Origin: an uncultured Candidatus Peribacteria bacterium
GTDB taxonomy: Bacteria; Patescibacteriota; Gracilibacteria; RBG-16-42-10
Assembly (NCBI GenBank): GCA_964512325.1
Contig: CAZEGN010000001.1
Coordinates: forward strand, 17,517-81,516
Direction: 5' to 3'
Length of the DNA stretch: 64,000 nucleotides
Shown here: one piece after another, positions 18,149 through 26,727 of the stretch
Position numbering within the stretch: the stretch's first letter is position 1
How the letters are laid out: the number at the start of each line of letters is the position of its first letter
Program-made: the position numbers and the translations under genes
Notes under the pieces: model-generated
The model's database searches: none
What the model saw: only the letters and a program-made list of their open reading frames with translations
Told to the model about the DNA's origin: nothing

Positions 18149-18916
18149 ATGTCACAAGATTTAGCGGCCTGGAATCGCTTTGCCAAGCAGTACCACACCT
18201 GGGTAGGATCACACAATGACCACCTAAGGACAGAACTACTTTATCCTTTGCTCAACTCAATTATAACGGACTACAATCCTAAAACTCTGCTGGACATTGG
18301 GTGCGGCAATGGGTTATTTGCCAATCTGATGGCTCAAAAAGGAATTCATGTCTCTGCCTTTGACGGGCCCGCTATGATTCTCCTAGCCAAAGAGCATTTT
18401 TCTCATGATCTCATCACCTTTGCTGAGGCTGACGCCACCAAACCATTTGCTTACGCAAACAACTCCTTTGATCTGGCAACTGCCAATTTAGTGTTGATGG
18501 ACATTGCACACATTGATATTACCTTGCAAGAAACTGCTAGAGTACTTAAAGAAAGTGGCATTTTCATCATTACCATTCTGCACCCCTGTTTTACCCCTCC
18601 AGTAGGCCGCTTTAGACGAGGAATTCTAGGCAGAATAAATCTTCGGCATGCCTACTTTCATTTAAACAACTACTTCACTCCCAAACGTAAAAACCCGAGC
18701 CAAGTATTCGGCACCCCAACTCCCGAACTGCACTACTACTACCGCACCATTAGTGAGTATAGCCAACTATTTCACCAAGCAGGCTGGCACATCAGCAAAA
18801 TGCACGAACCACAAGCTTCCACTGAATATATATCAAATCACCCCAAGCATTACTATGCTAGCAAAGTCCCACCATTTTTAGTTTTTGAGCTAACAAGAGG
18901 AGGTTCAAAGCCCTAA
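18149..18916 (+). CDS. class I SAM-dependent methyltransferase
   Basis: Motif I LLDIGCGNGLFA and post-I/II FDLATANLVLMDI. Substrate unknown. Confidence 0.75.
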   Translation: MSQDLAAWNRFAKQYHTWVGSHNDHLRTELLYPLLNSIITDYNPKTLLDIGCGNGLFANLMAQKGIHVSAFDGPAMILLAKEHFSHDLITFAEADATKPFAYANNSFDLATANLVLMDIAHIDITLQETARVLKESGIFIITILHPCFTPPVGRFRRGILGRINLRHAYFHLNNYFTPKRKNPSQVFGTPTPELHYYYRTISEYSQLFHQAGWHISKMHEPQASTEYISNHPKHYYASKVPPFLVFELTRGGSKP

Positions 18917-18942
18917 AAGCAGAACGTGATAGAGAGCAGAGA

Positions 18943-19227
18943 GCAAAGAGAACAGAGAGAATGCAATAGCGTCTCAGACCTCTTTTTCATTTTTTATCCC
19001 AACTTTCCTTTTCTTTCCTTTCTTGTTTCAGCCCGACTGCCGGGTAGGGATCTTGCAGTTCGAAGCCACATGCAACGACAGCGGTTCATGTTACGTTGGA
19101 CGGCAAACGGCAAGATCCTTCCCTTCGACAGGCTCAGGGCAGGCCACTACGCTTCGCTCCGATCAGGATGACGAAAAGAGAAAAGGTTACCACATGTTTC
19201 TGTGAACAACCTCTCTCTGTTTTTGCC
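18943..19227. repeat. about 285-nt imperfect palindromic / structured intergenic element
   Basis: Three nested complementary pairs: gcaaagagaacagagaga (18943-18960) with cctctctctgtttttgc (19211-19227); ccttttct (about 19007) with gaaaagagaaaagg (19173-19186); gggtagggatcttgc (19042-19056) with gcaagatccttccc (19110-19123). Confidence 0.55.
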
Positions 19228-19232
19228 TTTCC

Positions 19233-19274
19233 ACTCCGCATTCCGAATTGCGAATTCCTAATTGCGAATTGTTA
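19233..19274. repeat. heptanucleotide tandem array (AATTGCG type, 6 units)
   Basis: Units are cactccg cattccg aattgcg aattcct aattgcg aattgtt. Confidence 0.85.
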
Positions 19275-19617
19275 TCCTCCATCCTCTCCTCCCTTCCTTC
19301 TTCGTGACAGACATGATATAATGAGTGTGATGTGGCGAATAGAACCTTATTTTAGAGACAACAATATAAGAGCCCGAGAAAAATCAAAAAGTATCCACGT
19401 CTTCTCAATCTTAGCTTTCATTAGTACGCCAAGCGTACCATGTATTTTTTATTTCTTATTTTCTAACTTTATTTTCAAAAGCTAATCACCTTCTTCTCCA
19501 AGCAGATTAGCAAAGCAACAACACAAACATTTTTCATTTTTAATTTATTACTTTATTTCAGTTTATTTTTTTGTGCGTTAATATTTTTTATTTGTTTATT
19601 TTACAATTCTATTATCT

Positions 19618-21570
19618 ATGAATCTATTTACATCTTGGCTTAAAGACCCTCAAAAGAAGGAGACACAGCCCAATCAAAACTCAAACCAACCAAAACCGCA
19701 ACAACAGCATCACCATCATAAAGATCCTCATCAACCAACACATCAAGGACAAGCAAAACAACAGCATTCCAATCAATCATCACGTCCCCACAATCCTCAC
19801 CCAAATCGCCAACATCGCTTTAACCGACCGCATCATCATGGTGGTCAGCAAAGGCATATGCATAGTACTGAACAGCGAACTAATGAAAAAGCACCTCCCG
19901 CTCCGCATGACAAATTACGTGTCATCACTTTGGGTGGACTCGAAGAAGTGGGCAAGAATTCAATTGCATTTGAATACGGAGACCAAGCTATCATCGTCGA
20001 TATGGGCTTACAATTTCCTGATGAAAACATGCATGGCATTGACTATGCGGTGGCTGACTATAGCTATTTCAAGGGAAAAGAGCAGAATATTAAGGCTGTT
20101 ATCATTACGCATGGTCATCTAGACCATATTGGAGGCATTCCGCATGTTATGCCACAACTTGGTTTACAGATACCTCTGTACTGTACTGAAATGACTGGTG
20201 CTTTGATCAAAAAACGCCAGGAAGACATGAATCAAAGGCTCAATGTACAGATTGTTAAGTATGATGAGACCTTAAGATTTGGACATTTTACCATTGACTT
20301 CTTCCGTGTTAATCACAGCATTCCAGGTTCCATGGGCGTGGTAATTGGTACACCTGTGGGCAATATTGTCCATACAGGTGACTGGAAAATCGATCTTACC
20401 CCAGTGAATGATGAAGTCATTGATTTTGCTAAAATTGCACGCATTAGTGAGCAAGGTGTACTAGCAGCTTTCTGTGATAGTACCAATGCCTTCCAATCAG
20501 GTCTTCAAATGTCTGAGTCTGCAATCAAGGATCCACTTGATGGGTTATTTTTCAAAGCGAAAGGCCGTATTATTGTAGGTACTTTTGCTTCAAACCTAAG
20601 CCGTATCCAGCAATTAATTGGACTAGCTGAACAATATGGCAGAAAAGTAGTGCTCATGGGTAGAACGATGATAAACAATGTGGAAATCGCACGCAGTCTG
20701 AAGTACATGCAGGTAGCACCACATACCCTCATCACCATTCAAGAGGCTAACCGACTTAGACCAGAACAAGTTGTTGTTATCTTAACTGGAGCCCAAGGCG
20801 AAAAGAATGCAGCTTTACTCCGAGCAGCAATCGGTGAGCATCGTTTTATTCAAATCCAAGCCGGCGACACGGTAATTTTCTCATCATCAGTTATTCCTGG
20901 TAATGAACAAAGTGTTGGCCAACTTATGGACAAGCTTTATCGCAAGGGAGCAACTGCCGTTAACTATCGCATGATGGAAGTACATGCCGGTGGCCATGCG
21001 AAAGCTGATGATACAAAACTCCTACTTCGTATCCTTAAACCAAAGTACTTTATTCCAATTGAAGGCAATCACTACTTGCTATGCATGCATGCCAATATTG
21101 CAGAAAAAGTAGGGTATGATAAGAAACATGTTATTATTCCAGACAATGGCACTATCATTGAATTCGACTCCCAAGGGAGTGCGCAAGTATTAAAGCAGAA
21201 AGCTCCTCATAACTTGGTCGCAATTGATGGTGGAACCATGGGTACAATTAATGAAAGCGTGATTGAGGAACGTCACACCCTAGCACAGGAAGGAATGGTC
21301 ACTATAGTGCTAACTAGTAGCCGAGATAAGGCTAATCTCCATGGAGAGCCAGAAATCATTACTAAAGGATTTATTGTAACCAGAGGAGCTGAGGCATTGT
21401 TAAATGAAATCAAAACGATTGCGAAAAATACATTTAATAAGCATGGCCCCCAGCTATACCAGAATAATGTTGGTGAGCTAAAAGGCATGATTCAGAATGC
21501 CATTCGTCAGCATCTATTCAACAAGACTCAACGCGAACCAATGATTTTGCCTATTATCGTCAAGGTATAG
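19618..21570 (+). CDS. rnj: ribonuclease J with His/Gln/Pro-rich N-terminal extension
   Basis: Metallo-beta-lactamase motif ITHGHLDHIGGIP, plus GDWKID and a beta-CASP/C-terminal domain. Residues 1-80 are low complexity. The alternative start Met81 (ATG 19858) precedes the conserved LRVITLGGLEEVGKN. Confidence 0.9.
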   Translation: MNLFTSWLKDPQKKETQPNQNSNQPKPQQQHHHHKDPHQPTHQGQAKQQHSNQSSRPHNPHPNRQHRFNRPHHHGGQQRHMHSTEQRTNEKAPPAPHDKLRVITLGGLEEVGKNSIAFEYGDQAIIVDMGLQFPDENMHGIDYAVADYSYFKGKEQNIKAVIITHGHLDHIGGIPHVMPQLGLQIPLYCTEMTGALIKKRQEDMNQRLNVQIVKYDETLRFGHFTIDFFRVNHSIPGSMGVVIGTPVGNIVHTGDWKIDLTPVNDEVIDFAKIARISEQGVLAAFCDSTNAFQSGLQMSESAIKDPLDGLFFKAKGRIIVGTFASNLSRIQQLIGLAEQYGRKVVLMGRTMINNVEIARSLKYMQVAPHTLITIQEANRLRPEQVVVILTGAQGEKNAALLRAAIGEHRFIQIQAGDTVIFSSSVIPGNEQSVGQLMDKLYRKGATAVNYRMMEVHAGGHAKADDTKLLLRILKPKYFIPIEGNHYLLCMHANIAEKVGYDKKHVIIPDNGTIIEFDSQGSAQVLKQKAPHNLVAIDGGTMGTINESVIEERHTLAQEGMVTIVLTSSRDKANLHGEPEIITKGFIVTRGAEALLNEIKTIAKNTFNKHGPQLYQNNVGELKGMIQNAIRQHLFNKTQREPMILPIIVKV

Positions 21571-21612
21571 GCAAAATCTCCTTTTGGAGGTATAATAAAG
21601 AGAAATAATTTT

Positions 21613-22572
21613 ATGGATTTACGATCTTTCTTTGAGCAAAATCGCCTCCAGACCACTAGACCAATTATCAACAATCTTGGGGTTGGAACAGTAATTGTGT
21701 CTACAAGATCAGACACACAAGCCGTCTATAGTCCTAGCGCGCTAGGAAAAGCTTGGCTTGGCACAAGAAAGATCACCCGCTTCGTCATCACCACTCTGCT
21801 CATTTTTGGTGTAGTCCAAGTGGGCTTAAACTTCCAAGCATATAAGCAGCAATACGAGTTTTTTAGAGAAAAACAGCTAGCAATTAAAGATCCTCAAAAG
21901 GAAATTCTCAAATCCCTCCAGGTGGCGCCAGCTGCTAATGCTACGATTAGCACCACGCAGGTCGCTCAAGCAGACACCACAAATGTTGAGGATAGCTTCA
22001 CCCTTAGACCAGAGGTGATTAATTTTCGCAATTATGAAGTAGCACCAAGCGACAACCGCATTGTCATTGGCAAAATTGGCAAGAATGTACCAATTGTTCA
22101 GGTATCTGATGAAAAGCTGCTTACCCAAGACTATGCTGGTTTAGAGCAACAGATACAGGAGCAACTACTCAAAGGCATCGTTCATTATCCAGGCACAGCA
22201 AAACCCGGTGAAATTGGCAACTCCTTCTTTACTGGTCACAGCTCGAATTATCCTTGGATTAGTAGTGCTTATAATGCAGTGTTAGCATTACTACAAAATT
22301 TGGTTGTGGGTGATAAAGTCACTGTCTATTGGGAGGGACAAAAGTTTATTTATCAAGTATATGATATTAAAACAGTGTCACCGACCGAGACATGGGTATT
22401 GCAACAAAGTGGCAATGAATACGATTCAATTTTGACACTCATGACCTGTACACCAGTTGGCACCAGCTTAAATCGCCTTATTGTACGCGCTCAACAAATT
22501 TATCCTGATCCTCAAAAAAACACCCCTCCCACCAATAGCGTTATTGCACCTAATAGCTTAATTAGCAGCTAA
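21613..22572 (+). CDS. sortase-family transpeptidase, membrane anchored
   Basis: N-terminal TM ITRFVITTLLIFGVVQV. Catalytic His in FFTGHSSNY, TLMTCTP Cys motif and NRLIVRA Arg. Confidence 0.8.
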   Translation: MDLRSFFEQNRLQTTRPIINNLGVGTVIVSTRSDTQAVYSPSALGKAWLGTRKITRFVITTLLIFGVVQVGLNFQAYKQQYEFFREKQLAIKDPQKEILKSLQVAPAANATISTTQVAQADTTNVEDSFTLRPEVINFRNYEVAPSDNRIVIGKIGKNVPIVQVSDEKLLTQDYAGLEQQIQEQLLKGIVHYPGTAKPGEIGNSFFTGHSSNYPWISSAYNAVLALLQNLVVGDKVTVYWEGQKFIYQVYDIKTVSPTETWVLQQSGNEYDSILTLMTCTPVGTSLNRLIVRAQQIYPDPQKNTPPTNSVIAPNSLISS

Positions 22573-23873
22573 GAGGTTAGTGCTTTTAACCAAGTTCGGA
22601 CCGGGTAAGAGTGAAATTTGATTTGTTGGTTATGCCAGACAGCTATACCTTGATACGGTAACACCGCTGCTTTATTAGTATCTTCTTCGATTGTATAAAT
22701 TCCCAGCGGTGATGACATAATCATGTGTAGCTTACCATCAGCGGAATTAGCCAACCAAGCATAAGTGCTATAAATTTGTGCAAAGGTGATCTCACTAGGG
22801 GCCTGTCCCACAAATTGAACTCCATCCTCAACATCAACAATCCACACTTTAGCAGCGCTAACAATCATAATACGACCAGCCTTAAGAAAGAAACGCGCAT
22901 TGCTCCAAGTGTTTACTAATGTCAAAGACTCATTGCTTCTTCTCCACAATGTCACTTGACCAGTAAGAGTATGCACTACTACATACTCGTTACTTACGCC
23001 CACATTATCCACCGTAGTGCTAATAGTGGTGGTTGCTTGTTGCAAGCCACTAATCAGAGACTGTCGGTATAAAGTGTTATTTTGCACAAACCAAATTTCT
23101 TGCCCCGCTAAATCAAACGCATCCACATCTTGTATTTCCAACTCTTTGCTCACATTTCCGGTAGGGACAATTTTTTCTAAGGTCAATGTGGCATTTTGAT
23201 GGCTTAAAATAAAGTAATTGGCTTGGAATCGGAAAAAGCGCATATCTTCTTTACGCTCTATCACATCGAGCAACACCTTATAACTCAGTTCTACGGTATT
23301 TACTAAGATAGTTCTTTCATCACCAGCGACCACACAAGCCTCATCGTTTGCGCTACATAAAACATATTCCTTACTAGTAACGGGAATTACCAGTGCTCTT
23401 TGTAACTCGCCATTTGCTAGTGGCTTGAGCCAGGTTACATCTTTTTCTGTGCGCATCAATAAAAGACCTGTTTGCGGCAATGGATCTAAACCAATAATAG
23501 GGTCAGTTGAATCAAAACTGCCTTGCCAATTGTTTTTTTCAGGCCACAGGGGTAACTCTCTCAGCCTGGTAACCACATGCGGAGAAACAATAGTAGAGAT
23601 ATCTAGTGGTTGATAACCAGCCAGCTCAATATGGAGACTATATGTGCCTGGCATATAATGCGACATTGAAACTGGTGTACTATCTTTTAAAGTTTTGCCA
23701 TCCACTGATACCACCGCTTGAGTGGGATATGTTCCAACCTCCAAGACACCAGTAGTGATCAATTGCTGATTTTTAAAGTCGATAGTATAGCCCTGTGCGA
23801 AGCCTAAAATAAGCGCACTAGCTACAATATATAAAAGAACCACGCTTATTGTTCCCAACCATTTGCGACCCAT
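22569..23873 (-). CDS. TM-anchored PEGA-domain protein (last gene of the T4SS-like operon)
   Basis: N-terminal TM GTISVVLLYIVASALILGF. PEGA-like PTQAVVSVDGKTLKDSTPVSMSHYMPGTYSLHIELAGYQP. The C-terminal two-thirds look beta-rich. Confidence 0.65.
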   Translation of the reverse strand: MGRKWLGTISVVLLYIVASALILGFAQGYTIDFKNQQLITTGVLEVGTYPTQAVVSVDGKTLKDSTPVSMSHYMPGTYSLHIELAGYQPLDISTIVSPHVVTRLRELPLWPEKNNWQGSFDSTDPIIGLDPLPQTGLLLMRTEKDVTWLKPLANGELQRALVIPVTSKEYVLCSANDEACVVAGDERTILVNTVELSYKVLLDVIERKEDMRFFRFQANYFILSHQNATLTLEKIVPTGNVSKELEIQDVDAFDLAGQEIWFVQNNTLYRQSLISGLQQATTTISTTVDNVGVSNEYVVVHTLTGQVTLWRRSNESLTLVNTWSNARFFLKAGRIMIVSAAKVWIVDVEDGVQFVGQAPSEITFAQIYSTYAWLANSADGKLHMIMSSPLGIYTIEEDTNKAAVLPYQGIAVWHNQQIKFHSYPVRTWLKALTS

Positions 23874-23890
23874 AAGACAATAAGGTGAAA

Positions 23891-24385
23891 CTAATTAGCA
23901 GAAGGGGTAACTACAGGCAAAGTTACTTCTGTCTCAGTACTTTGATTTGCGCCTGTAGGATTAGCCACAGCACCCTTTTGGGCAATTCCTTCAGGCAATG
24001 TACAGCCAGTTTTGTCAGCTAGAAACTGTAGACTTTGCCGCCCGGTCACAGGATCTTTGCCATCAAATTTCCATGTTGGTGTAGCTGTAATACCTGCCTC
24101 CTTGCATTCATCAGACCAGGTATTATTGGGCAACTTACACTCAACATAAGTTATGTATTGCATCGATCTTCCGAAATCGGCCTTTTGGGCTAAACAGTGA
24201 GGACAATCAAACATGCCATAAAACACTGCCTTTTTCTCGGTTAAACATTTAGCGAAGTCCGCTAACACACTAGGAGTAAAAAAACGCAAATAAGTAAAAG
24301 CCACAGCTACCACAAAAATAGGTAACACAACCCATAACCAGGTAGGAATTCCTTTTGATTCTTTCTTTGAAGAAGCCATATACAA
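23891..24385 (-). CDS. membrane-anchored thioredoxin-fold thiol:disulfide oxidoreductase (CPHC)
   Basis: N-terminal TM WLWVVLPIFVVAVAF. FYGMFDCPHCLAQKADFG...YVEC...CKEAGITATPTWKF resembles the Trx-like domain that is fused to bacterial VKOR homologues. Confidence 0.7.
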   Translation of the reverse strand: MYMASSKKESKGIPTWLWVVLPIFVVAVAFTYLRFFTPSVLADFAKCLTEKKAVFYGMFDCPHCLAQKADFGRSMQYITYVECKLPNNTWSDECKEAGITATPTWKFDGKDPVTGRQSLQFLADKTGCTLPEGIAQKGAVANPTGANQSTETEVTLPVVTPSAN

Positions 24386-24420
24386 GATTTAAGTCTACGT
24401 AAAAAAGAATAACAAAGATA

Positions 24421-24448
24421 GTGCGAAATGTGAAATGTGAAGCGTGAA
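24421..24448. repeat. heptanucleotide tandem array (ATGTGAA type, 4 units)
   Basis: Units are gtgcgaa atgtgaa atgtgaa gcgtgaa. The array lies between the 724-aa gene stop and the thioredoxin gene start. Confidence 0.8.
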
Positions 24449-24486
24449 CACCAGCGCTAGAACTTATGCTGTAATTTCACACTACT

Positions 24487-26661
24487 TTATAGTATTAAAC
24501 AGCTTTTGCTCGCATCATTACTGCAAGGAAACGTCGTGAGTATACTAAGCTCAGGATTAGCGCTAATTGGATTAAATACTTGCCAAGCACCATTGGCTAA
24601 TTTGTATTCAAAGCGCATAGTTACACCTTCAAAAGTGTGACCACCAGTTTGAGCCAATGTGCCAATCTTTTCAGCCGCTGCTACCGTTTTTCCCAATGTC
24701 AATTCTGGCAGGAGGGCAATATGATAATAGGAGACACGTAGATTATTAGGATATTCAATTGTGGCATAGTCACCCAGAGTGGGATCGTCATATACTAGAC
24801 GGATAATTTTGCCAGCATGAATTGAGCGGACATCAACCCGTGCGGGGTCAATTTTGCTGCAATCAATGGTTTGATGGATCGGCAAGGTAATGATAGTGGT
24901 TGTACCATCAGGCATAGCAACGCGCTGCAAGCTAGTCTCATTGCTATAGGGCAACTCAGATAGCTGGCACTGAGCAGGACTAACATAGCCTGCCCGATTG
25001 GTTTGAGTAGCAAAGGTTGAGGGCAGTGCTGCCGGTCTTGTCAGCAAAGTATTAGCGATAAGCACCTCTTCGGTAATGGTCTCAGAATCAGCCAAGGTTG
25101 CGCCTGCGCTATTCTGACCTGAGGCAGCAGTGGCACCAGTGGTGCCGGATGAAGCAGAGCCTGTTCCACCTACACCGCCCGTCACAACATTCAGCTTGTC
25201 ACATAATTGAGCAAAATAGCCCACATCACTATGCATTACAGCCCCAATACGGCTCACTACACCCATCGGAATACCAAAAGGAATACGTGACTGTCCGATC
25301 GAACAAGTGAGCACACTCAACCCCATTACGACTGTTAAGAAGGCCATTAGCATTCCACCGCCGGCAATGAGTATAAATGGGATTAGTAAAGCTCTCACTT
25401 CTTTCCAGCGCTCCTTACGGAAAACCCAGACAATGAGACCTACTACATGGAAGATAAAAATTAGTATACCAACACCAGAGATAAGCTCTACTATTAAAGC
25501 GATCAGGTTGGCGATGAATTGATTCTGAACACCGCTCAAACCAAGCTTTTTTCCCGCGACATCAACTGCCTTACCAATGGTTTTTTGAACTGCTTGCTGT
25601 TTTAGGTTGGCACCAGAAGTGGGAGAGCCTTTATTGCCCTGACTAGTTTTAGTACTAGCACCACCACTGGGAACTTTGCTTTTATTGCTACCACCTTCCT
25701 GTGATTTTGCAACTGGACTTTCTGTAGGTTTTTTATCTGTCGTCAAGCGTTCTCTTGGCCTTTTGTTGCTGTCTGCAGCTCGATTCGAATAACCTGCATT
25801 TTTAGCACGCCGATCATTACCGTTTGCTGGAGCAGCATTAGGTCTTGCTGGTGATCCAGGTTGTGCTGCTGCTACTTGAGGACGCTGTCTCGTTGGTTGT
25901 ACTCTTGCTGGCGTACCCTGAGACCGATTTTGTTGAGTTGCAGGTGCAGGTGTACGCTCAGATGTCCGCTGTTGTTGTGGCGCTGCTGCTTGAGTTGGAG
26001 TGTTAACCGCTCCTGCCACATTCTGATTAGGCGCCGCGACATTTTCTTGATTAGCATTGCCAGGATTTCCTTCGTCCCCTGCTTGTTTAGCATCAGGGGT
26101 TCCTTGCTGTTGCTGATTATTCTCCTTACCTTGTCCTGCTTCTCCTCCCTCGTTCGCATCCTTATTCTTATCCTGATCCTTATTCTCATTCTTTTCTCCC
26201 TCTTCCCCTTCCTTTTCTCCTTCTTCTTTCTTCTTCCCCTCTTCATCTTTTTCTTTTCCTTTTTCTCCTTCTTTATCTTTCTTTTTATCTTCACCTACAC
26301 CATCATCCCCACTTGCCTCTCCCGCCTTTGCCTCACCTCTATTTTCCCCCTCCTGCGCTCTCTCCTGGCCATTATCCTTCTGCCCATTCCCATTCTGCAC
26401 GCCACTAGCACCTTTATTATCACCTGAAACATTGGTGCTCTGACCATTACTATTACCAGCATCTGCACCAGCGGCATTATCATTAGTAGCCTGTGTACCA
26501 GCACTGCCAGCTGCTGATGCATTGTTATTATCATTCGCTGCTTGGCCGGCACTATAAATTGTCTTGGTTCGCACATTTTGCTCAACCGTAGTTTCACTTA
26601 TGAGTTTTCCGTCTTCTCCCGATTCTGCCTCGGCCGGTAATTTCTGTGCTGGCTCTGCCAT
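24487..26661 (-). CDS. membrane protein with disordered N-terminal half, TM hairpin and C-terminal degenerate LytM/M23-like domain
   Basis: About 360 aa of G/N/Q/E/K-rich low complexity. TM segments FIANLIALIVELISGVGILIFIFHVVGLIVWVF and LLIPFILIAGGGMLMAFLTVVMGL. The C-terminus GKIIRLVYDDPTLGDYATIEYPNNLRVSYYHIALL...GKTVAAAEKIGTLAQTGG...TMRFEY follows the M23 pattern, but the HxH motif is replaced by TMR. Confidence 0.6.
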   Translation of the reverse strand: MAEPAQKLPAEAESGEDGKLISETTVEQNVRTKTIYSAGQAANDNNNASAAGSAGTQATNDNAAGADAGNSNGQSTNVSGDNKGASGVQNGNGQKDNGQERAQEGENRGEAKAGEASGDDGVGEDKKKDKEGEKGKEKDEEGKKKEEGEKEGEEGEKNENKDQDKNKDANEGGEAGQGKENNQQQQGTPDAKQAGDEGNPGNANQENVAAPNQNVAGAVNTPTQAAAPQQQRTSERTPAPATQQNRSQGTPARVQPTRQRPQVAAAQPGSPARPNAAPANGNDRRAKNAGYSNRAADSNKRPRERLTTDKKPTESPVAKSQEGGSNKSKVPSGGASTKTSQGNKGSPTSGANLKQQAVQKTIGKAVDVAGKKLGLSGVQNQFIANLIALIVELISGVGILIFIFHVVGLIVWVFRKERWKEVRALLIPFILIAGGGMLMAFLTVVMGLSVLTCSIGQSRIPFGIPMGVVSRIGAVMHSDVGYFAQLCDKLNVVTGGVGGTGSASSGTTGATAASGQNSAGATLADSETITEEVLIANTLLTRPAALPSTFATQTNRAGYVSPAQCQLSELPYSNETSLQRVAMPDGTTTIITLPIHQTIDCSKIDPARVDVRSIHAGKIIRLVYDDPTLGDYATIEYPNNLRVSYYHIALLPELTLGKTVAAAEKIGTLAQTGGHTFEGVTMRFEYKLANGAWQVFNPISANPELSILTTFPCSNDASKSCLIL

Positions 26662-26727
26662 AATTTCAAGTAGAAAAGATAGTTTGGGGACAGGTGATTA
26701 TAAAGCCAACTCAATAAATTTCAACTC

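Noticed and set aside
19100-19140. TTCGACAGG might be the 5' end of tmRNA (it resembles GGAUUCGACGGG).
   Set aside because: There is no tRNA-like acceptor/T-arm partner, no tag reading frame and no CCA-proximal 3' domain nearby. The same motif recurs at 14978, so it is a repeat.
18926-19485. Three overlapping plus-strand ORFs (81, 60 and 129 aa) lie in the methyltransferase-RNase J spacer.
   Set aside because: They occupy three different frames over the same DNA, translate repeat sequence (FDRLRAG / LRQAQGR / STGSGQA and heptamer arrays), and show no start context or family resemblance. I treat them as artefacts of a structured repeat.
25861-26597. Low-complexity ORFs (188 aa plus strand; 140 aa and 100 aa minus strand) lie inside the 724-aa gene.
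   Set aside because: They are alternative-frame or antisense readings of the GA/GAA-rich region that encodes the E/K/G/N-rich linker of the 724-aa protein. They have extreme composition (Leu/Phe/Ser or Lys/Arg runs) and no independent support.
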